NCBI GenBank assembly: GCA_039714075.1 | Contig: JBDLKA010000021.1 | Span: forward strand, 1 to 45,349 | From: Candidatus Krumholzibacteriota bacterium | GTDB lineage: Bacteria; Krumholzibacteriota; Krumholzibacteriia; LZORAL124-64-63 | DNA: 45,349 bases | Direction of reading: 5' to 3' | Shown here: piece after piece, positions 35,971 through 44,600 of the stretch | Layout of the letters: each line of letters begins with the position of its first letter | How positions within the stretch are numbered: position 1 is the first letter of the stretch | Made by a program: the position numbers and the translations under genes | The notes under the pieces: model-generated | Told to the model about the DNA's origin: nothing | Databases searched by the model: none | What the model saw: only the letters and a program-made list of their open reading frames with translations

Positions 35971-37077
35971 CTAGAATTCCAGGCTGATCCCGTAGAACAT
36001 GGCCAGGTCGTCCTTCTCGGGCGTGATCCCGTCGGCATTGGTTTTTGGCCGGTCCACGTGGTCCCAGGTGGCGGACATGTCGAAATCGAAGTCGTTCCAG
36101 ATCTCGATTTCGAACAGGATGTAGGTGTGGTGGATGGTGTTCGCCTCGTGCCCCAACCCGATCTGGACTCCGTATTCCGCAGTCAATTCGATCCTCTTGG
36201 TCAGGTCGGTCTCCAGGGTGGTCCTCAAGGGCAGCGACGCGTTGGATTCCTGATCCTCTTCACCTTCCTGAACCGATTCCCACCTGGTGTCCTGGTAGGC
36301 TGCTCCCAGTTCGACGAACCAGTCCGCGGTGCTGTTGCGGCTGAGGTAGTAACCGGCGCCGACCCCGGTGGTGATCCGGCGGTCGATGTTCTGGAACTTG
36401 TCGTCGTAGTATTCGACCTTGACCGGGGAGAGGAAGAATCTCCGGGACAGGAACCACTTCCATTCCGCGTTGCCGCGGTTGTTGCGGATGGTCTGTTCGC
36501 CGTCGGCTTCGCTGAAGTTGCCCTGGTACTTCAGGTCGATCCGGGACCGGGCGCCCTCCCTCTTCAGGAGGACACGCGAGTTGAGATCGTCCTGTTCGGT
36601 GTTGCCGGTCCGGATTCTCAGGTCCAAACCGACCCTGGCCGACCAGAAATTCAATTCGTTCGGCTGGCCCTCGAGGATGGAGTGGACCCGGGCCCGCGGA
36701 AATTCCCTCACGCCGGTGCCTGTGTCGACCTTCAGGAGGTCGTCCCGGAAAACGGCTGTGCCGGTCACCATGGATCCGTTGATCATCACGTAGGTCATCA
36801 TCCGGGCGGACCGGATTTCCGCAATGTCCTCCCAGTCGATGGTGACGTCGTCCAGTTCCTCGCTGTCGAAAAAGAGCTCTTCGTCCCGCATCAGGTCGAT
36901 CGTCCCCCACAACCACTCACCGGACGAAATGCGGATCCAGTCCCGTTCCTGGGCCGAGGGCGGGGGCGGGCCCCAGGTGTCGGTCTGGGCGGAGGCGCCC
37001 CGGGTCGAGGCCACAAGTACCAGGCCCAGAATGGTCAGGGCAAGGGTGAGACTCTTGCCGGATATGCTTCTCATCAT
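35971..37077 (-). CDS. DUF481-like outer-membrane beta-barrel protein
   Basis: GGAGG RBS before ATG 37077, signal peptide, N-terminal 'DWIRI.SGE.L.G.I' domain, GNT, D.FQNID.R...G.G.GY, alternating beta-strands and terminal F (GISLEF). Confidence 0.75.
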   Translation of the reverse strand: MMRSISGKSLTLALTILGLVLVASTRGASAQTDTWGPPPPSAQERDWIRISSGEWLWGTIDLMRDEELFFDSEELDDVTIDWEDIAEIRSARMMTYVMINGSMVTGTAVFRDDLLKVDTGTGVREFPRARVHSILEGQPNELNFWSARVGLDLRIRTGNTEQDDLNSRVLLKREGARSRIDLKYQGNFSEADGEQTIRNNRGNAEWKWFLSRRFFLSPVKVEYYDDKFQNIDRRITTGVGAGYYLSRNSTADWFVELGAAYQDTRWESVQEGEEDQESNASLPLRTTLETDLTKRIELTAEYGVQIGLGHEANTIHHTYILFEIEIWNDFDFDMSATWDHVDRPKTNADGITPEKDDLAMFYGISLEF

Positions 37078-37298
37078 GGTTCCCTCCGGTGATTTCCGGG
37101 AATCGCCCAGCCTCCGCGATTGGATCACATATTGCCCCCACAGTTGGGAAAAGAGGGCAAAGATAAGGTTGGTCGGGGGAAAATGCATCAAAAAAGAGCG
37201 GCCGGTTTTTGCCGGTGAAGGCCGTGGGGGATTCCCAGTCCCGTCCCGATTTGTTATCCTTACCGGTGCATGGGCAATTCACCAACCATTGGAGAACC

Positions 37299-38603
37299 GT
37301 GGTTTCGTACGTCCGCAAGTATCACCTCGCCCGCATGGCCGCCGCCATCGGCACGGCAACCTGTCTGGTGCTCGCGGCGCTGGCCGGCTGCAGCGATGAC
37401 CCGCAGTCCCCCCGGCCGCAAGGAACGGTGGCCGTCGCGGTGACGCCCGATTCCCTGCAGCCGACCTGGACTTTGACCGATCCCGGGGGACACCAGGTCC
37501 AGGGGGCGGGCGCCGACACACTTACCGGCATGACGCCCGGGGCCTATTTCATTTTCTGGGGTTCGGTCGACGGTTGGCTGGATCCGACGCCCAATCCCGC
37601 GGTCGGCGATGTCACCGCCCATGAAACCACCACCTTTACGGGCGAGTACCGGGAAGTCCCTCCCGTATGGGACACGTTCGTGACCGTGCCCGCGGGCACC
37701 TTCATGATGGGAGCTCCCGAGAGTGAACCGGGCAGCGACTGTGACCTGTGCAGCGAGTACCCGCAGCACGAGGTGACCCTGACCCGTTCGTTCCTGATCC
37801 AGGCGACCGAAGTCACCAATCAGCAATACGTCGATCTGGCCAACTGGGCGCTGAACCGGGGTTATGCCCAGGCTGATGAATCAGCCCTCTGGACGACCCT
37901 CGATGGGGCCTCGACCAAACTCATGGACCTGGGCTGTCTGCTCATCTGCGAGATCCAGTTTCTGGGCGGATCGTTGCGCCTGTTCGACGGCGGGGCCGGG
38001 GTGAATCCCGACCATCCGGCGGGCAACATGACCTGGTACGGAGCCGCCGCCTACTGCGACTGGTTGAGTTTGAAGGAGGGTTTGCCACGGGCCTATGACC
38101 ACTCCGACTGGAGTTGCAACGGGGGCGACCCCTACGGTGCGGTTGGCTACCGGCTACCCACCGAAGCGGAATGGGAGTACGCCTGCCGCGCGGGCACGAC
38201 GACCGCCTTCGCCAACGGGGAAATCACCGATCCCTACGGGGACTTCGACCCGGTGCTGGAGGAAATCGGCTGGTACCGGGGCAACTCCGGCACATGGTCT
38301 CATCCCGTGGCCCAGTTGATTCCCAACCCCTGGGGTCTGTACGACATGCACGGGTCGATGCTGGAATGGGTCCAGGGCTATTGGTACCGGTTCCAGGCAG
38401 GTCCGGTGACCGACCCGCTGGGAGGCGGGCGCCCCCTCAATTTCGTGGTCCGCAGCGGGGCCTGGTCCCGGCCGCCATATTTCTCCCGCTCGGCCTTTCG
38501 CCTGCCCCAGGGAACCGATGGCAGCGGGTTGGATTACTTCGGTCCGAAGCAGGGCTTCAGGGCCGCCAGGACAAACCACCCGGATCCCGCCGGAAAGCGG
38601 TGA
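37299..38603 (+). CDS. Lipoprotein with FGE-sulfatase (SUMF1/CLec-fold) domain
   Basis: GGAG RBS before GTG 37299, lipobox LAGC, and motifs F.MG, P.HEV, TEVTNQQY, W..A..YC.WL, YRLPTEAEWEYACRAG, PNPWGLYDMHG and GFR. Confidence 0.85.
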   Translation: MVSYVRKYHLARMAAAIGTATCLVLAALAGCSDDPQSPRPQGTVAVAVTPDSLQPTWTLTDPGGHQVQGAGADTLTGMTPGAYFIFWGSVDGWLDPTPNPAVGDVTAHETTTFTGEYREVPPVWDTFVTVPAGTFMMGAPESEPGSDCDLCSEYPQHEVTLTRSFLIQATEVTNQQYVDLANWALNRGYAQADESALWTTLDGASTKLMDLGCLLICEIQFLGGSLRLFDGGAGVNPDHPAGNMTWYGAAAYCDWLSLKEGLPRAYDHSDWSCNGGDPYGAVGYRLPTEAEWEYACRAGTTTAFANGEITDPYGDFDPVLEEIGWYRGNSGTWSHPVAQLIPNPWGLYDMHGSMLEWVQGYWYRFQAGPVTDPLGGGRPLNFVVRSGAWSRPPYFSRSAFRLPQGTDGSGLDYFGPKQGFRAARTNHPDPAGKR

Positions 38604-38796
38604 GTTGTCCCGTGCCGGGGATTTCCCTATTTTCAAATCAGGCTCATTGATTCCACATCAGGGAACGTCGGGGACGAGGTTCCGGGTCGCGGGCAAAGCC
38701 CAGCCGCGTCGCACCAGGTGAGTACAAGTTATCCGGCTTTGATACGGATCGGATCCGGAATGTTTGCCCGTTTCCCTGGAATGTGGAGATACCGTC

Positions 38797-39393
38797 ATGA
38801 AGACATTCCTCGCTCTGGCCGCCCTGTTGGCCGTTTCCGCGGCGCCCGTCGATGCCACGGCCGCTCTCAGTGAAAACCTCTTCGGCCTGTTCTACGACGA
38901 GGCCGCCACCGTTGACGAAATCGAAATCACGCCGAATTCCCAGCAGGTTCTCTACCTGGTGGTCGTCAATCCGGTCAGCGCCAACGGCAACGTCCAGATG
39001 ATCGGCGGTTTCGAATGTTCCGTTCTGCCTGCCACCGGGGATTACCTTTTGGCGGTTGCCTTTCCCACCACGGCCATCAATGCCTTTGGCAGCCCCGATA
39101 ACCTGATGGTCGGCTTTGCGCAGGCCATGCCCGTGACTTCCGGGAGTGGAGTGACCCTGGCCACGCTTACGGTCCTGACCATGGGCAACAATCCCGAAGG
39201 ATATTTCCTGCAGCCGGCCAGTCCTCCCAGCATCCCCAATACCATGGCCTACCTGGACATGAGTTCTGCGGAAACGCTGGCGGTCAATGCCATGCCGGTA
39301 TCCGGCAGTTTCGACCAACCGGTCTTCACCTTCGGGGATTACACGGTGGAAGAGGACAGGATGTGGGGAGACGTGAAATCCCTCTACCGGTAG
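38797..39393 (+). CDS. Secreted hypothetical protein with C-terminal WGxVKxLY motif
   Basis: GGAG RBS, signal peptide MKTFLALAALLAVSA, beta-rich body, ends TVEEDRMWGDVKSLYR. Confidence 0.8.
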   Translation: MKTFLALAALLAVSAAPVDATAALSENLFGLFYDEAATVDEIEITPNSQQVLYLVVVNPVSANGNVQMIGGFECSVLPATGDYLLAVAFPTTAINAFGSPDNLMVGFAQAMPVTSGSGVTLATLTVLTMGNNPEGYFLQPASPPSIPNTMAYLDMSSAETLAVNAMPVSGSFDQPVFTFGDYTVEEDRMWGDVKSLYR

Positions 39394-39399
39394 GACGGG

Positions 39400-40533
39400 T
39401 CAACGCCGGGAACAAAGCACCACGAATTTGGGGTCCGAGGCGAGGACCTCGCAGTTTCCGAACAGCCGCTTGAGCTTCACGTGGTAACCCAGATGCCGGT
39501 TACCGACCAGGCGCAGCTCGCCCCCTGTTTTCAACGCCCTTTTGGCCTGCTCGAACATGCGCCAGGCGAGGTGGTCGCCCACCGCCTGCGCCTGGTGGAA
39601 GGGTGGGTTGCAGACCACCAGGTCCAGGCTGCCGCCTTCCGTTTCCGCCAGCCCGTCGCCCACCTCGAACCGCAGATCCCTGTTCTCCAGACCCGCGTGT
39701 TGTTGGTTCTGGCGGGCGCTGGCTACCGCCATATGGGATTCGTCGACACCCAGGATCGACGCGGCCGGGCACTGCCGGGCCACGACCAGGGCCAGGACGC
39801 CGTTCCCGCAGCCGAGGTCCGCCACCCGCCAAGGTAGATCCGTAACCGGAAGATGGGCCGCCAGCAGCCTGGTGCCGGGGTCCAGGCCCTGCCCGGCGAA
39901 GACGCCCGGACGATTTGTCAGTGTCAGTTCAAGGTCCGGCAGTTCGTAGCGCCGGGGTTCCAGATGCGGCGGCAGATCCCTGTCGGGATCAAACCCGGCA
40001 AAGGCCAGGCGGGCCTTCTTCCAGCCGAGCCCCGTTCGCGTGGGGCCGATGATTTTCTCCAGCAGACGGTAGGCCCTGGTCGGGGTGTGCTTGATCATGC
40101 CGCCGGCGATCAGGGCGGTTCCGGGTTCCAGTCCGTTTCGAATCCTGAGAAGCATATCTTCAAATAAATCAATTGATTTGGGTATTTTAATGATAACCAG
40201 CTCGAATTTGCCCTTTGGTATCTGGTCAGCCGGGACAACGGTGATTTCGGCGTCCTGTTTCCGGTTGGCCGCCAGGTTGGCGGCCAGGGCCCGCGCGGCA
40301 AGGTGGGAATCGTTCCACCAGGTCAGCGGCCGGTTGGCCAGAGCCACGGCCAGGGCCCCGAAGGAGTCATTGGCAACCAGGATCCGCCCGGCCGGCGTGA
40401 GGGTGTCGTCCGCTTCGAGGTGGCGCAGGATATATTCATCCGCCGCGTCCCAGGCACGTAATGATTTGTCGCGGCTGCGGGGGTAGCGCTGCAACGTTTC
40501 GGCCAGGTCGTTCAGGTCCGGGAATGCCGCCAT
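39400..40533 (-). CDS. rlmG: 23S rRNA m2G1835 methyltransferase RlmG-like
   Basis: L.RYP, AWDAADEY, NDSFGAL, KKARL, VF...LD.GTR, DLGCGNG, DES.MA, CNPPFHQ, VGNRHLGYH.KLKRLFGN and KFVVL. Confidence 0.85.
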   Translation of the reverse strand: MAAFPDLNDLAETLQRYPRSRDKSLRAWDAADEYILRHLEADDTLTPAGRILVANDSFGALAVALANRPLTWWNDSHLAARALAANLAANRKQDAEITVVPADQIPKGKFELVIIKIPKSIDLFEDMLLRIRNGLEPGTALIAGGMIKHTPTRAYRLLEKIIGPTRTGLGWKKARLAFAGFDPDRDLPPHLEPRRYELPDLELTLTNRPGVFAGQGLDPGTRLLAAHLPVTDLPWRVADLGCGNGVLALVVARQCPAASILGVDESHMAVASARQNQQHAGLENRDLRFEVGDGLAETEGGSLDLVVCNPPFHQAQAVGDHLAWRMFEQAKRALKTGGELRLVGNRHLGYHVKLKRLFGNCEVLASDPKFVVLCSRR

Positions 40534-40577
40534 GGAGAACTTCTTCCGGCTGGTTGTGCCGCTGGGAACGATAGGGA

Positions 40578-41090
40578 TCAGAGATTCCGCAGGGCTTCCA
40601 CCGCCAGCGTGCCCAGGTCGTCTTCGTGGTCGTTCGCCTGGGCCTGGAACAGGATCCTTCCCTGGCGGTCGGCGACCACCACGGCGGCCTGGGCATTGGC
40701 GTTCTTGATGTCCAGGGCCGCGAAGACGGATCCGTCCCAGTCGGGCAACAGGACCACGTGGTCGGCCGGATCGTTTCCTTCGGGTACCCGGCCGGCGGCG
40801 TTGTGATAGGCTTTTTCCAGTTCCCCCTTCACCATGCCCCGGAACATGGAGGGGAACGACTGCAGGTCGATCACCGAAGCGACCAGCACCTCGGCGGGGT
40901 CGGGGTGGATTCTGCGGACGGCCTTGTTCACCTCGACGGCGTCCGGCGCCGTGTCCTGGGCGTGGAACACCAGGACCAGGGGAACGCCCTCTTCCCTCAG
41001 GGATATTTCCCGACCCGAAACGACCGCGGTAAGAGTCGCCGCGGGCAGCAACTTTGCCGGGTCCTGGTTCCCTGAATTCGCATCAGCCAT
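40578..41090 (-). CDS. Thioredoxin-like fold protein lacking CxxC (YtfJ/AhpC-TSA-like)
   Basis: LVLVF...VIDL...P...LPDWDG.V...AVVVADRQGRI pattern; no cysteines. Confidence 0.55.
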   Translation of the reverse strand: MADANSGNQDPAKLLPAATLTAVVSGREISLREEGVPLVLVFHAQDTAPDAVEVNKAVRRIHPDPAEVLVASVIDLQSFPSMFRGMVKGELEKAYHNAAGRVPEGNDPADHVVLLPDWDGSVFAALDIKNANAQAAVVVADRQGRILFQAQANDHEDDLGTLAVEALRNL

Positions 41091-41121
41091 GGTGCCGCCT
41101 TTGGATGGGTTGTCGAGCCGA

Positions 41122-41619
41122 TCAGAAATAATAGCCGAACCTGAAGCCTGTCCAGCTGCCGCCTGTCACCGCCTTGACCCGCAGGCTGAATTCCAGCCGG
41201 TCGAAGCGGAGGCCCATTCCCGGCAGGAAGCTGGTATCGTCTACCTCGGTATAATAACCCACTTCGCCGCTCATGAAAAACACGCCCATCACGAACCTCA
41301 TGCCGCCGGCGAATTCCCAGACGTCGACACCGGCGCCGCCGTTCGCCCCTGGAAAATGGTTCCAGCCGATATCCGCCGTGAAGTCGAGCAGGGGGATGAA
41401 GGGATAGTCCATGATCGCATGCAGCCCGTAACCCGTGCTGTTCTCCTTCCCGAAGCTTTCATAGGGATGGTTCACGGAAGCGGCGGCCCCGAAAATATTG
41501 GTCGACCCGGGACGGCCGGCGGTGGCTTCAACCGCAGTCTGGGCCGGGATGATACCGGGCCATAACCAGCAGACCAGCAGGCAGGCCATGCCGGTGGGTC
41601 GTAGTCGGCGATTCAACAC
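41122..41619 (-). CDS. Small outer-membrane beta-barrel protein
   Basis: AAGGAG RBS, signal peptide, alternating strands (GYGLH, DIGWNHF, GGMRF, GEVGYY) and C-terminal GFRFGYYF BAM signal. Confidence 0.7.
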   Translation of the reverse strand: MLNRRLRPTGMACLLVCWLWPGIIPAQTAVEATAGRPGSTNIFGAAASVNHPYESFGKENSTGYGLHAIMDYPFIPLLDFTADIGWNHFPGANGGAGVDVWEFAGGMRFVMGVFFMSGEVGYYTEVDDTSFLPGMGLRFDRLEFSLRVKAVTGGSWTGFRFGYYF

Positions 41620-41697
41620 ATCGGTCTCCTTGGCGATGAACGGTCGGGGGAGGTGCGCGCACCGATCCTATCACAGGGAGTTCCCGCGCCAGGAGTC

Positions 41698-44600
41698 CTA
41701 TTTCAGCAGCAGCATCTTTTTCGTGGCCAGGTGGGGGCCGGCCGCGATCCGGTAGAAATAGACGCCCGCGCTGACGGTGCGGCCCAGGTTGTCCCTGCCG
41801 TCCCACATCCGGGAGTGCCGTCCCGCGGTGTGGGGCGCGTCGATGAGCAACTGCCGGACCAGACGTCCCGCCACGTCGAAGACAGCCAGGTCCACCGACT
41901 GGGGAGCGGCCAGATCGAAGGTGATCCGGGTGAGGGGGTTGAACGGGTTGGGGACGTTGTGATGCAGGGCGAAGGGAATGGCCGCCGGTGGTCCGGCGGG
42001 CGATACGGCGGAAACGGGAGCGCCGGCGGAATAGTTCCTGAACACAACTTCCGGGGACAGGGCGCGGTCGTATACGGCCACCAGGTGGAAGCCGCCCAGC
42101 CAGAACCTGCCGCCGGGCGAACCGACTTCATTGGCCAGGGCCAGCGGATAGGTGGTGACCCAGTTGGACATGACCCCTTCCAGGAGGGTCTCGTTGACGA
42201 GTTGGCCGTCGATGAAAATGCGTGCGGTTCCCCCGCTGTCCCGGGTGTAGGCCACATGGGTCAGGTCGGCGGCCAGGGTGCCCGCGCCGCTGGCCAGCGA
42301 AGGCTGGCCGTTGGTGGAGGTGGTGGAAAGGGTCAGGCGGGCATCGATCTGGTCCCCTGCCTGGCCGTAGACACCCTGGCCCAGGGTGAAATTCCGTGTG
42401 TACTGGTCGCCGGAAACGGTCACGATCCGCGCAGGGCCGTTCAGGGACAGGTCCGTAAAGGTGAGCCAGGTTTCGATGGTGATTTCCCCGGCGGACCGGC
42501 AGTCGGAATTGATTTTACCCGCGGCTCCCGCCGATTGGATGATGGTTTCGGCGACCACATCCAGCCTTCCGTCGGACCAGACCACGGAATTGGAGTCGGC
42601 GATGGTCAGGTCAAGCGGAGGTTCCACGCCGGACCGGTCGTGGACGACGGACCCTTCACCCTCGTCGAATTCATAGAGGGCGACCACACCTTCGTTGGTC
42701 CGGATCCAGGGAAGGTACTTGAAGTATGCCAGCTGATCCGGGGCCATGTCGTTGGGCGGGCAGGCCAGGTCAAGAATCCCCGCCGTCGCCAGGCTGTAAT
42801 CCGACCCCTCGGTCAGGCCGGATACAGTCAGTTCCACGACGGTCGGATCGGTTCCGGGAACGGCCTGGAGAACTTCCCCCGCCGGTCCGAGGAGGTAGTT
42901 GGCCGCATCCGCCACGGTCAGTGAATCCACGGGCTCCGTGAATTGGACGATGAGCCGGTCCGGTACACCAGCCGATTCGACATGGTAGAGCCGCGGTGGG
43001 ATCGGGTCCGGCAAGAAGGAATACAGTCCCTCGGCCACCGGTCCGGGCTGGAAGCCCGAAGCAAAGGCCCGGGCCCGCAGAACGGTCAGCGTGTCCATGG
43101 GGACCGGCACGGTATAGAGGGGAGAGGATTCCGTCGGCGCGCTCCCATCGAGAGTGAACCGTATTCCGGCGGCGCCTTCGGTGCCGAGGGCAACCTCGAC
43201 CGGACAGGAGAATTGTCCGCCGGGCGGGTCCATGGTCACCGCGGGAGACAGGGGCTGCCCCGCCCCGCCGGGCGTGGCCAGGTTTTCGTAGAGGACGACC
43301 TCGGCGTGGTCCCACCCGAACGAGGCGATGTCCAGGTCGCCGTCGTTGTCGGCATCCAGCAGCTGGGTCCCCATGTGATGCTCGTCGCCGGTGTGGATCA
43401 GATGGGGCTGCCAGATGATCCCGTCGGAAATGTTTTCGTAGACGAAGGCCGAGCTCGCGCCGGGATCGGGCAGGTTGTGCTCTCCGACGACGATGTCCAG
43501 GTCGCCGTCCTTGTCCAGGTCGGCGACATCGATGCTCATGGGTCCGTATAGCGTGGCGATGTCGTGGCGGGGCCAGGGTCCCGTCGGGTCGGCGGGTTGC
43601 TCATACCAGACCAGTTCGTCGGGCCATTCCTCGAAACCGACCAGCGCGTCCAGGCGGCCGTCCCGGCTCAGGTCCACCAGCAAAACCCTGTCCGGTTCCT
43701 CGGTGGTGTTCTCGATGGTGAACGTCGTCCAGTCCGGATTGTCGTTCCGCAGCCAGATGTTGCCCAGCAGAAGATCCCTGTCTCCGTCCCGGTCGATGTC
43801 GCCCTGGTGGATGCCTTCGAACTGGGTGGTGGGGGAGATGATTCTCCAGGACCAGGGGCCCGCGGACGGGTCCTCGGGAATGGTCAGCATCTGGATGCCG
43901 CCGCCCCCGTTTTCCCAGGACAGGGCCACCTCGCCGGGATTGAAGGTGAGATTCCGGTCGACGTTGAACACCGCGGTGGTGGTGCCCTGCAGAAAGGAAC
44001 CGCTGCCGTCGGGGATGTTCTCCAGGACGGTGAAGTTCCCGCTGCCGTCGTTGCGGGCCCAGGTGAACTGGGAATTGTGGTCCCAGGGAATGCCCTGGGT
44101 GCCCAGGATGTCGAAGTCCCCGTCCCGGTCGAAGTCCGACACCGCGGCCATGTTCCGCAGGGGCAGCCCCAGGTCGAACCGGCCCCAGGATCCGCCGGGG
44201 ACGCCGGGGTTGCGGTACCACCAGGCCCCGTTGACCACGTCCTCGAATCCGTCCCGGTCGATATCGGCGATGTCGATGAAAACGGCGCGCCAGGGCCGGG
44301 CGGGATCGATCACGTGGCGTTGCCACTGGTCCAGTTCCAGCTTGGGGTCGAGGTCGTTGGTCCACAGCTCAAGCTTCAGGGCGCCGCCGGCGCCGTCGTG
44401 ATTCTTTCCGGCGATGTCCAGGTCGCCGTCCCCGTCCAGATCGGCGACCTTGGCGCGGTGGGAGCCGGTGGCGGGTCCGGGGATTTCCAGCCAGACCGAT
44501 CCGGTGCCCCCGCTGTTTTCAAAAATGACGATCTTGTCGGGGTCCTCTCCGGCGCGGTCTTCACAGGCGAAGATGTCCACATCTCCGTCCGCGTCGAAAT

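Noticed and set aside
37299..38796. Diversity-generating retroelement at the FGE-domain gene
   Set aside because: No reverse transcriptase and no template repeat of the 3' region were seen in this window.
38604..38796. c-di-GMP-I riboswitch suggested by GGCAAAGCC
   Set aside because: It lacks the GGCAAAC...GAAA...GACGCAAA architecture and the paired P2/P3 stems.
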